A DNA stretch of 64,000 nt from Thermodesulfovibrionia bacterium (lineage in GTDB: Bacteria > Nitrospirota > Thermodesulfovibrionia > UBA6902): positions 65,133 through 129,132 of the forward strand of contig JAGVNU010000084.1 of NCBI GenBank assembly GCA_020053105.1, written 5' to 3'. The notes under the pieces were generated by a model. It saw only the letters and a program-made list of their open reading frames with translations. It had not been told where the DNA came from and ran no database searches. Below, piece after piece: positions 27,145 to 36,274 of this stretch. Numbering within the stretch: the first letter of the stretch is position 1; every line of letters begins with the position of its first letter. A program made the position numbers and the translations under genes.

Positions 27145-28839
27145 TCATTCCATGGCCGTCAGTTTTTTCTCGCCAATCCTCATTGCCGCCCATATCACGA
27201 AACTATTTAGAATCAACACCGCAAAGAACAACATGCCGATGATTGTCCACCCCCTGAATGTCAGCACCGATTCACTCACCTCTTTAATAAACATGCTTAA
27301 CGTGGGAATGATCTCAAGCATGATGGTCATTATTATAAGCGCAAATGACAGGAGCATAAAGGCCGTTCCCTGAAAACCTGTCTGCTCCCGGTCGGTCTCT
27401 GCAGGAGAAAACCTTGCATTATACGCCCCGGTCCCTATAGCGAGTGCTGTTATTGAAGCGACAAGCACAAGGCATGTTCCGGCGCCTAACAATATAAACC
27501 ATATCTTGACCCCAAGTAATATATTGGAAATAACAATCAGCAGCAGCGCCAGCAGGAGAAGGGGGAAAAAGGCCATCAGGAACTTGCTCCAGAGAAACCC
27601 ACGCATGCTGACGGGCGAGACCCTGATTATCCAGAAGGCCCTGCCTTCATTTTCTATTGAGGGCAGGACGATCCTCGCGGCCACTGCTGTAATGACAAAT
27701 GCGACAAGTCCTATGTTGAGAAAGGAGATCACATATTTAAGCTGCAGACTCAGATATGTCCCCCATTCAAGCGGCAGGGACTTGATGCTGAAGAGATAGA
27801 TAATAATAATGGCAAAGAGCAAAAGCAGCTGCGACGATTGCCTTACATTACGAAAGAAAGTCACAATGTCTTTCTCAAAAAGCGCCCTTCTGTAACCTTT
27901 CACAAAAAAGAGCCAGACGGACAATCCAGCGCCTATGGCCCCTGTCCCTGCCAGGGAGCTTCGCGATTGCTGCGCCTTTATCATGCCGGAGTAGAAAAAG
28001 GCCCTGAACAGCCAGTTGCCGAATATTATAAAAGCGCCTGCAGTAAACAAGAGCAGCGACAGATAAAAGATAGATGTTCCTCCGCCTTCCCTGAAAAAAG
28101 GCATCAGGGACTCAGTGGTCCACATGCTGGGAAGGAACACGGACACTGGCAGTTTCATTTCAGAAAGGAAGATGGTAAGGTTTGCAAACCATTCAGGATT
28201 AGCGAAGCGCTCGGGCTTTAAGAACCTGAAAAGCAAAAAAAGCAGGGCCGTTATCAGCAGGCCGAGAAAAACAAATATATTCCTGGCCCTCTTTGCCGGC
28301 ACCAGCGCCATGAGAATAATGCTTATCATGACCCCTATGCCCACAGGAATCAGGGCAAATACACTCAGCACCGGAAGCAGAAAAATGTAATAACTCACAG
28401 GGGATTTTAAGACCAGACCCAGTGCGACAAATACAGGGAACATCGCAAATAAAATCATCCATGAGGATTTAACAGCGGTCTCCAGCCACTTTGAAAGGTA
28501 AATATTCTCCCATGACACAGGAGACGACAGGATAACGGGCAGGTCGCTTGAAAGATAGAAGTTATTAATCCCTGACAGAAGACTGCTGAATATCAGAAGA
28601 AAAAAAACGAGCATAAGAAGGAGCGATAGCCCTTTTAAAGCTATAACAATCCCGACGCCCCCCCCTATCCCCTGAAGACGCGATAAGACAATTGTGAGAT
28701 AATGCAGGGCCGTAACCCAGAAACCTCCCCCGAGGAAAAGCACAAACAATGCTTTTATATAAGCCGTGCGTCCGGAACGCAGGAGCCGGTTTTTAAACGT
28801 CCACCACTGCGGCGAAAATATAGTAATAAGCTCGTTCAT
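27145..28839 (-). CDS. polytopic membrane protein, putative ABC-transporter permease partner
   Basis: Highly hydrophobic over 564 aa, with more than 10 predicted TM segments by eye. It lies directly downstream of the ABC ATPase. Confidence 0.6.
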   Translation of the reverse strand: MNELITIFSPQWWTFKNRLLRSGRTAYIKALFVLFLGGGFWVTALHYLTIVLSRLQGIGGGVGIVIALKGLSLLLMLVFFLLIFSSLLSGINNFYLSSDLPVILSSPVSWENIYLSKWLETAVKSSWMILFAMFPVFVALGLVLKSPVSYYIFLLPVLSVFALIPVGIGVMISIILMALVPAKRARNIFVFLGLLITALLFLLFRFLKPERFANPEWFANLTIFLSEMKLPVSVFLPSMWTTESLMPFFREGGGTSIFYLSLLLFTAGAFIIFGNWLFRAFFYSGMIKAQQSRSSLAGTGAIGAGLSVWLFFVKGYRRALFEKDIVTFFRNVRQSSQLLLLFAIIIIYLFSIKSLPLEWGTYLSLQLKYVISFLNIGLVAFVITAVAARIVLPSIENEGRAFWIIRVSPVSMRGFLWSKFLMAFFPLLLLALLLIVISNILLGVKIWFILLGAGTCLVLVASITALAIGTGAYNARFSPAETDREQTGFQGTAFMLLSFALIIMTIMLEIIPTLSMFIKEVSESVLTFRGWTIIGMLFFAVLILNSFVIWAAMRIGEKKLTAME

Positions 28840-28871
28840 GGCTATTAATAGCTTCGATCCTTTTCAGTCTC

Positions 28872-28901
28872 TGTAGGGGCGTATTGCAATACGCCCCTAC
28901 A
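28872..28901. repeat. perfect 30-nt palindromic REP-like element TGTAGGGGCGTATTGCAATACGCCCCTACA
   Basis: Perfect inverted repeat overlapping the ATPase stop codon, between the ATPase and permease genes. Confidence 0.7.
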
Positions 28902-29658
28902 TTTTCTGCAGTTCTTTTACAATATTCACTACATCTTCTCCGCCGGTTAAATGGAGAAATACCTGTTCAAGATTACTCTCGGAAGCGTGCGCCTGTGCCC
29001 TTATTTCGCCTGCAGTGCCGGTCGATATAATGCTGCCCTTGTGAATAATGGCCATTCTATCGCACATCTGCTCGGCTATCTCAAGGATGTGGGTCGACAT
29101 GAATATGCACATGCCGTTATTTCGTGAGGTATGCAGTATCTCCTTGAAAAGTCTGGCGCCCCTGGGGTCAAGCCCGATAAGGGGTTCATCCAGAATCAGG
29201 ACCTTGGGATCACGCATGAATACTGCTGACAGGTTTAGTCTCTGCTTCATTCCATGGGAAAAATTTTCAACAAGCTCATTTAGCCTGTCTCCGAGGGCGA
29301 ATATCTCCAGGAATTTCCGGCCCCTTTCCTCCATGTCCTTTATATCAACGTTATAAAGTCCCGCGATAAACTTCATATACTCCCAGGCCGTAAGCTTCTC
29401 ATAAAGGATCGGCCTGTCCGGGATATATCCCAGGATTTTTTTTGCGGACACCGGGTCCTTCTGTATATCATGACCGCCTATTGTAATGGAACCGGAGGTT
29501 GGTCTCATAAGGCCCATCATCATTTTTATGGTGCTGGTCTTGCCCGCACCGTTTGGGCCAAGAAAGCCGAAGATCTCACCGGCCTGCGCCCTGAGGCTGA
29601 CATTGTTGACGGCCATATGATCTCCGTACCTCTTAACAACCTGGTCAAGTATTATCAT
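28897..29658 (-). CDS. ABC transporter ATP-binding protein
   Basis: Walker A GPNGAGKTS, signature-like FSHGMKQRL, Walker B VLILDEP. Confidence 0.9.
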   Translation of the reverse strand: MIILDQVVKRYGDHMAVNNVSLRAQAGEIFGFLGPNGAGKTSTIKMMMGLMRPTSGSITIGGHDIQKDPVSAKKILGYIPDRPILYEKLTAWEYMKFIAGLYNVDIKDMEERGRKFLEIFALGDRLNELVENFSHGMKQRLNLSAVFMRDPKVLILDEPLIGLDPRGARLFKEILHTSRNNGMCIFMSTHILEIAEQMCDRMAIIHKGSIISTGTAGEIRAQAHASESNLEQVFLHLTGGEDVVNIVKELQKM

Positions 29659-31121
29659 AGCGCCTCCATTATATCAATTTTCATGTCCCTGATGACTTCT
29701 CCCAGAGAAGCCAGCTTATCTATATCTCCTTCCATAAGGCGGATGTGTGTTACATCCGCAGGGAACTGACCCATAGACGGGTCTGCGGGCACCCACCGGC
29801 CAAGCCAGACCTCGGGCCATGTATGATAATAAAAATATCCATTGAGGTACACAAGGCCCCCGACCATCCTTGCAGGCATACCAGCAGCCCTCGCAAAAGA
29901 GGTGAACAGCACTGTATGTTCATTGCTCTCCCCTGCCCGTAAGTTGAAAATATCCATGGCAGGGATAATGTGGAAAGAGGGCGTTTTTGTGATAGTTAAA
30001 TATAAATTTGAGGTCAGGAACCGCGCCAGGCGGAATGCGTTTTTCTCAATAGCAACGAATTTCTTCGCATTGTATATGATCGTATGATGATCGCTTTGAA
30101 CTAACGGCGTATGACTTAAGAACGGCCCCATTTCCTTGCCAGGATAAGGCAAATCATAGGCATTTTCCTTTAATACCGCTTCATTTTCTTTACGTATCGT
30201 CAGGATGTCCCCTGTTAAGACCTGACGTCCCTCGTTTAATAAAGGATACCTGGAAACATCAAGACCGGTAAGCCTGACTTTCAGATCAGGAAGTTCTTCA
30301 GTGTTCGATAATAATTTATTTGTTTTTAGAACTGGCATGGAAAGGTAATCAAAAAAAGGCCGGGTATCTTTTGATTTTGCCTGGGCCTCCTTTTCCGCCA
30401 GATACATGACTCCGGAAGCATCTTTTTCCTTCAGTGTAATGCCGCCGTTGCTGACCCATGAGAAGTTATCGCCGATCTTTAACAGGTACGCGGTATTAAT
30501 ATTGATCCCGGTTTTTACAGGGACCAAATCCTGGACTTCAACAACCGTATCCGCCACAGCTAATGAAAAGATGTTGAGGATAGGGATATTAAAGCGCTTG
30601 CCCTTTTCCAGTCCCTGTGCAAAAAGCGCCTGTTTGACTGTCGCGGGCAGGTAAGGCTGTCCCTGAATATCTATGGTTTCAGTCTTTCTCTGTTTCTCCG
30701 TCTCCATAAATACCTGCAGCACATTGTCCCTGTCAAGTTCTCCATGGGACTTAAAGTAGGCATCTCCGGACCTGCTTTCAAATTCAAAGGACTTTATCCT
30801 GTATGAAAGGTCTGTCAGGCATTTAAAGCTGGAGCTGCTTTTAATGGTCTTGCCTTCCCTGTCGACTGCGGTTTCCCCTGACTGGGTGAACCTGTACTCA
30901 TCCCCTATTTTTTCAGATGAAGTCCTGATATGCCCGATTTTCCGGTCCTGAAAATAGACGCCTAACCATTCTTCACTGGTCCTGAACTGGTCCCCTGATA
31001 CGGCCCGGAGTCCGGATAATTCAGCGCCTGAGATGTAATGACGATAGACAAAAACAGATATGAGGCAGAGCCAGATGCCAACGATCCCTAATTGAATAAA
31101 CTTAGAAAACCCTTTTGACAT
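29655..31121 (-). CDS. transglutaminase-like domain protein with N-terminal TM anchor
   Basis: The C-terminal core is ARAAGMPARMVGG...YHTWPEVW...PADPS. The position of the usual catalytic Cys reads Ser (GESNEH). Confidence 0.7.
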   Translation of the reverse strand: MSKGFSKFIQLGIVGIWLCLISVFVYRHYISGAELSGLRAVSGDQFRTSEEWLGVYFQDRKIGHIRTSSEKIGDEYRFTQSGETAVDREGKTIKSSSSFKCLTDLSYRIKSFEFESRSGDAYFKSHGELDRDNVLQVFMETEKQRKTETIDIQGQPYLPATVKQALFAQGLEKGKRFNIPILNIFSLAVADTVVEVQDLVPVKTGININTAYLLKIGDNFSWVSNGGITLKEKDASGVMYLAEKEAQAKSKDTRPFFDYLSMPVLKTNKLLSNTEELPDLKVRLTGLDVSRYPLLNEGRQVLTGDILTIRKENEAVLKENAYDLPYPGKEMGPFLSHTPLVQSDHHTIIYNAKKFVAIEKNAFRLARFLTSNLYLTITKTPSFHIIPAMDIFNLRAGESNEHTVLFTSFARAAGMPARMVGGLVYLNGYFYYHTWPEVWLGRWVPADPSMGQFPADVTHIRLMEGDIDKLASLGEVIRDMKIDIMEAL

Positions 31122-31229
31122 TTTCTAATACTTTTTTATAAATCAGTTTAAACCTTTAAACCGGTTTTTATTATTGCTGGTCCTCCGGCTTATATTTTCG
31201 GAAAGTTTTTTATGGACTTTAGCCCTGTC

Positions 31230-32693
31230 CTAAAAAAGATCTATCTGCACAGTATTGTCCTGCCGTGTAAGGACCGGATAATTGTCATTAAAGCATGCAG
31301 TGCAGTATTTCTCCGGGGTCGGCACCACCTTTAATAATCCGTCCAAGCTTAAGTAACAAAGGCTATCGGCTGTTATATATTTTCTTATTTCATCAACAGT
31401 GTGGGTTGAAGCTATCAGCTCTTTTCTTGTGGGAGTGTCGATCCCGTAAAAACAGGGTCCGATGGTCGGAGGTGAACTGATCCTCATGTGGACTTCCTTT
31501 GCGCCCCCGCCTTCCCTGATCATCTTGACGATTTTCTTGCTTGTGGTCCCTCTTACAATAGAGTCATCCACTACCACTACCCGTTTGCCTTCAAGGATCT
31601 GACGAATGGGATTCAATTTGATCTTCACGCCGAAATGCCTGATAGACTGCCTCGGTTCAATAAAGGTACGGCCCACATAATGGTTTCTTATCAGGCCCTG
31701 GTCAAAAGGAATGCCGCTCTCTTCCGCAAACCCGAGCGCTGCCGGCACCCCTGAATCAGGCACGGCGATAACCAGGTCCGCGTCGACCGGATATTCTCTT
31801 GCCAGTTGCCGGCCGAACTCTTTTCTTTTTGTATTGACATTACGGTTCCCGAATATATTGCTGTCCGGCCTTGCAAAGTATATAAATTCAAAGACGCAGA
31901 ACGCATGTCTATGGGAAGGAAGCGTCCTGATATGATGCAGGCCGTCTTTATTTATAATCACCATCTCCCCTGGCTCAACGTCCCGGACATATTTTGCGCC
32001 GATGAGGTCAAAGGCGCAGGTCTCAGACGCAACGATATAGGCGCCGTCATATTTCCCGATACTCAGGGGCCTGAATCCGAAGGGGTCTCTGACGGCAATA
32101 AGTTCATCCTCGCTCATCAGCAACAAACTGTATGCGCCGGAAAGACTCTTCATCGTATCAATGATACGTTCGTGCAATCCCCCGGCCCTGGAGTTTGCGA
32201 TCAGATGGACGATCACTTCGCTGTCCGCAGTAGACTGGAAAATGGCGCCCTGTGACTCAAGCTCATTTTTCAGTTCAAAGGCATTGACAAGGTTTCCGTT
32301 ATGGGCAATCGCAAGAGAGCCCAATGAGAAATTAACCATTAAAGGCTGAACATTTTTCAGGGAACTCGTCCCAGCGGTTGAATAGCGGTTATGCCCGATA
32401 GCAATATTCCCTGGCAGTCTTTTCAGTCTTTTTTCAGAAAAAATATCAGCGACAAGCCCCATGGATTTCTCCACATAGACCTGCTTGCCGTCTGAAGAGC
32501 ATATGCCGGCGCCCTCCTGACCCCGGTGCTGAAGGGCATGAAGTCCCAGATAGGTAAGATTTGAGGCCTCAGGATGGCCGAACACCCCGAACACCCCGCA
32601 TTCGTCGTGGAATTTATCCGCCGATAATGATGCATAGGGGAGCTGCCCCGGCTTGATGCTTTTAATGAGTTTACTTATATTGCGCAATGACAT
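31230..32693 (-). CDS. purF: amidophosphoribosyltransferase
   Basis: N-terminal nucleophile CGVFGVFG and the PRPP loop [13 protein letters not shown]. Confidence 0.95.
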   Translation of the reverse strand: MSLRNISKLIKSIKPGQLPYASLSADKFHDECGVFGVFGHPEASNLTYLGLHALQHRGQEGAGICSSDGKQVYVEKSMGLVADIFSEKRLKRLPGNIAIGHNRYSTAGTSSLKNVQPLMVNFSLGSLAIAHNGNLVNAFELKNELESQGAIFQSTADSEVIVHLIANSRAGGLHERIIDTMKSLSGAYSLLLMSEDELIAVRDPFGFRPLSIGKYDGAYIVASETCAFDLIGAKYVRDVEPGEMVIINKDGLHHIRTLPSHRHAFCVFEFIYFARPDSNIFGNRNVNTKRKEFGRQLAREYPVDADLVIAVPDSGVPAALGFAEESGIPFDQGLIRNHYVGRTFIEPRQSIRHFGVKIKLNPIRQILEGKRVVVVDDSIVRGTTSKKIVKMIREGGGAKEVHMRISSPPTIGPCFYGIDTPTRKELIASTHTVDEIRKYITADSLCYLSLDGLLKVVPTPEKYCTACFNDNYPVLTRQDNTVQIDLF

Positions 32694-32884
32694 GCCCGAA
32701 ACTGATAGTATTCATTCGAATCATAGTATAACATTTATACTTACACAAAATTCCAACTCAAATATTATGTTAAGGCGCTATTTTCTATTCACTATTTTAC
32801 GCCTTATTTTCTTGAACTTTAAGGCTGTTTGGGTTAAGATTAACCGATTGATTTTTTAAGGGGAAATGCACATTCCAAAACAAC

Positions 32885-35800
32885 ATGCTGCTTGATAACA
32901 AAACAAAAAAAGTAGATAACGAGCACTCGACAGTATACGACTTCCTGCGTAACTACATTGAGCATGGAAAGGTCGATATGGTTACCGGCTATTTTTCAGT
33001 CAGCGCACTTGCCAGAATAAAGGATGAGATGAATGGTCCTGAAAGATTTCGCATGGTTCTTGGCAATTTACTTAAAGAAGATAATCAGCAGGACAAGGTC
33101 ATAAATCTTCTAAGTGACTCATTAGGTATTGCTCAAGTATTGAATCTCAATCAGTCGGCTAAAAGGGCAGTTGATTTTCTGAGGCAGGAAAAAGTACAGG
33201 TCAAAACCATTCAACGAAACTTCTGCCATGCAAAGACCTATATGTACCATGATCCGGACCCGCGGAAGAATTTCCATATTGTCGGGAGTTCCAACTTGAC
33301 TGATGCAGGACTTGGAATCAGAGAGTCCGGCAATATTGAGTTAAATTCAGCAAGCACGGGGAATGATAATGATTTCAGGGAACTGACTACCTGGTTTAAG
33401 GATCTGTGGTCGAGTAACGATGCATTAACAACAATTGAACTACCTGATAAGTCAAAAGTCAGTGTGAAAGAACATATCATAAATATTATTCAGAACCTGT
33501 ATAGGAAATACACCCCATATGAACTTTATTACAAGGTGCTTTATGAACTATTCAAAGATGACTTACTATCGCTTTCTCTTGATCCAGAATTTAAAAAAGA
33601 GATATCTCATTTAGAAGATACTCTTATTTATAAGATTCTTTATTCCTTCCAGAAGACAGGAGTAATCAGCCTTATCAAAATGCTTCAAAAAAATAACGGA
33701 GCAATTCTGGCTGATGCAGTGGGATTAGGCAAGACATGGACGGCGCTGGCTGTCATGAAGTATTTTAAAATGAAAGGTTTCAGAGTTATCTTGTTATGTC
33801 CGAAGAAGCTGGATGCCAACTGGAGACAATATCTTGAAGGACATCGCTCAAAATTTGAGAGAGACAGGCTAAAGTACACGATCCGTTATCATACTGATCT
33901 GCAGGATGATAGATTAGAGTCGTATCAGGACGGGTATAAGATAAATACTTTTTTTCAGGGCAATCCCAAGCTTTTAGTTGTAATTGATGAGAGTCATAAT
34001 CTGCGGAATGATAAATCATCCCGCTATAAATTCCTCGTTGATAATATCTTTACCCGGAATAAAGAAGTAAAAGTATTGCAGCTTTCTGCAACACCAATAA
34101 ACAATAAACTGATTGATGTCAGAAACCAGTTTAAATTAATGGTAAAGGGTCAGGATAATGGTTTTAAAGAGACATCGCTGGAGATAGGCAGTCTTGAGAG
34201 CATATTCCGGACGGCTCAGAAAGATTTTAAAACATGGCAAGACAAGGACAATAGAAAGATCAGCGATTTTATCCAGATGCTTCCTCAGAAATTCTTTTCG
34301 CTTACTGATGCATTGATCGTTGCCAGAACCAGGAAACTGATTGTAGGTGAATTTGGCGGCCTGTCCTTCCCCAAAAAAGAAGATCCTGAGAATGAATATA
34401 TTAATCCTGAAAACATTGGTAACTTAAAGACCTTTGAGGAACTATTACACGCAATCGAATCGATTAACCTCATTGCATATATGCCACATAAATATATAGA
34501 GAAAATAGCACCAGAAAGCGTATTGAAAGACGAGGTCCAGCGTGAGGGTTTTCTGGTAAAGATGATGTACATTCTCTTGATGAAGCGTCTTGAATCAAGC
34601 TGGCATTCATTCAATAATACAGTAAATAATATTTATGACCATCACACTAACGCTTTGAAGAAAGTTAATAATTTTAAAGATAGAAAAGAAGATACTTGTC
34701 TTGAAGATGAAATATCAGAGCAAGATAATTTCGAGGATGATCTTGAGGAAACTTCTTCCGAATTTACAGGTGCTGATGATGAAACAGAACAGCTTGAGGA
34801 ATTTACTCTTGGGAAAAAGAACCCTATCAATCTTTCAGATATCAGGTACATTGATATGTTTAAGAGGCATCTTGAAGATGATATTGCCCGGTTGGAGAAA
34901 CTTAAATCAAATCTGGATATATTTGAGCAGAATCTGAAAGAGAAAAAAATAAAAGATATTAAATTGGAAAGACTTGTTGAACATATTGAGAAGAAAAGGA
35001 GAGCGCGCGAAAACCAGAAAGTCATTGTCTTTACAGTCTTCACAGATACAGCACAGTATTTATATGAACAGTTAATTGATAAAGGATTTTCAGGAATTGC
35101 TTATGTGTCAGGCTCACAGTCTGCAACCAGTTACGGCTATAGCGGTAAAAATTTCGAAGGGATATTAGAGCGCTTTGCTCCATATACCAAATTGTACAAG
35201 GAAAAAGACTGGAACTATTTATATGAAGAAAAAGGCATCCTGGAGCCGGAGAGTTTTGGAGATTGGAAAGATATCATAAGAAAGCATGATCCTGAGACGT
35301 TGAGGAAATTAGAAGAGCCCTTAGACATTTTGATAGCTACAGACTGTTTAAGTGAAGGCCAGAACCTGCAGGATTGCGACTGTGTGATCAACTACGATAT
35401 ACACTGGAACCCTGTGAGGATCATTCAGCGAATGGGACGTATAGACCGTCTCGGCTCACCCAATCAAACCATCAAAGGCATAAATTTCTGGCCGGGGAAA
35501 AATTATGAAGATTACCTCAGGCTCAAGACAAGGGTAGAAAACCGGATGGCAGCTATGTCTGTTGTTGGTGCAGAGATAGACGAGAAAATGACCCCGGAAA
35601 TCGAAAAGATGGTTAAAGACAATCCCATAGTCACAAGACAGACAGAGAAAATGCTCAATCAAATGCAGTTTACCTGGGAGGATGTTGAGACCAGTGATGA
35701 AAGTCTGGGGCTGAATGACTTGTCTCTGGAGCAGTTCAGGCAGGAACTGTTCGATATTTTCCAGAAGAACAAAGAGTTATTTGAGAAAATGCCCAACGGT

Positions 35801-36244
35801 ATTTTTACCGGCTTCCAGGCGGAACCGGATAAAAAATATACTGAATTGCCGGAGGGAATTATTGCATTACTGGGTTATCCTAAAAAGCCTGATGACGCTG
35901 ACATGCATAAATATAATGAATATCATCTGCTGTATTCTCATGCGAAAGGATTTTCTACCTACAATAATAATCAGGAAATATTAAGCATATTAAGAAAGCA
36001 TAAAAACAAAATCAGGCTCGTCCCTGATGATGTTGAAAATGGCGATAAGGAAGCCCTGCAATGGTTAAGCGACAGGATAAAAGCATGGATTGAAGGGCAG
36101 GTGCCTCAAAAAGCTATTGATGAAATTCAGGGGATTTTTGCTAATGGTGTGCCTAAAAAGAAATCACCTGAAGATAAGAAACTTGATGATAAGTTTAAGC
36201 CGGACAATTTTGATTTAATCACATGGTTTGTCGTGTCGGAGTGA
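32885..36244 (+). CDS. PLD-family (single HKD) nuclease domain fused to an SNF2-family helicase/translocase
   Basis: HKD motif FCHAKTYMY...HIVGSSNLTDAG (nt 33227-33304). Helicase motif I is LADAVGLGKTW, II is VIDESHNLRN, III is LSATPINN, and the C-lobe is LIATDCLSEGQNLQDC...NPVRIIQRMGRIDRLGS. Confidence 0.85.
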   Translation: MLLDNKTKKVDNEHSTVYDFLRNYIEHGKVDMVTGYFSVSALARIKDEMNGPERFRMVLGNLLKEDNQQDKVINLLSDSLGIAQVLNLNQSAKRAVDFLRQEKVQVKTIQRNFCHAKTYMYHDPDPRKNFHIVGSSNLTDAGLGIRESGNIELNSASTGNDNDFRELTTWFKDLWSSNDALTTIELPDKSKVSVKEHIINIIQNLYRKYTPYELYYKVLYELFKDDLLSLSLDPEFKKEISHLEDTLIYKILYSFQKTGVISLIKMLQKNNGAILADAVGLGKTWTALAVMKYFKMKGFRVILLCPKKLDANWRQYLEGHRSKFERDRLKYTIRYHTDLQDDRLESYQDGYKINTFFQGNPKLLVVIDESHNLRNDKSSRYKFLVDNIFTRNKEVKVLQLSATPINNKLIDVRNQFKLMVKGQDNGFKETSLEIGSLESIFRTAQKDFKTWQDKDNRKISDFIQMLPQKFFSLTDALIVARTRKLIVGEFGGLSFPKKEDPENEYINPENIGNLKTFEELLHAIESINLIAYMPHKYIEKIAPESVLKDEVQREGFLVKMMYILLMKRLESSWHSFNNTVNNIYDHHTNALKKVNNFKDRKEDTCLEDEISEQDNFEDDLEETSSEFTGADDETEQLEEFTLGKKNPINLSDIRYIDMFKRHLEDDIARLEKLKSNLDIFEQNLKEKKIKDIKLERLVEHIEKKRRARENQKVIVFTVFTDTAQYLYEQLIDKGFSGIAYVSGSQSATSYGYSGKNFEGILERFAPYTKLYKEKDWNYLYEEKGILEPESFGDWKDIIRKHDPETLRKLEEPLDILIATDCLSEGQNLQDCDCVINYDIHWNPVRIIQRMGRIDRLGSPNQTIKGINFWPGKNYEDYLRLKTRVENRMAAMSVVGAEIDEKMTPEIEKMVKDNPIVTRQTEKMLNQMQFTWEDVETSDESLGLNDLSLEQFRQELFDIFQKNKELFEKMPNGIFTGFQAEPDKKYTELPEGIIALLGYPKKPDDADMHKYNEYHLLYSHAKGFSTYNNNQEILSILRKHKNKIRLVPDDVENGDKEALQWLSDRIKAWIEGQVPQKAIDEIQGIFANGVPKKKSPEDKKLDDKFKPDNFDLITWFVVSE

Positions 36245-36274
36245 TATAGATCGTGAGAAAAATTAGGGTTAACT

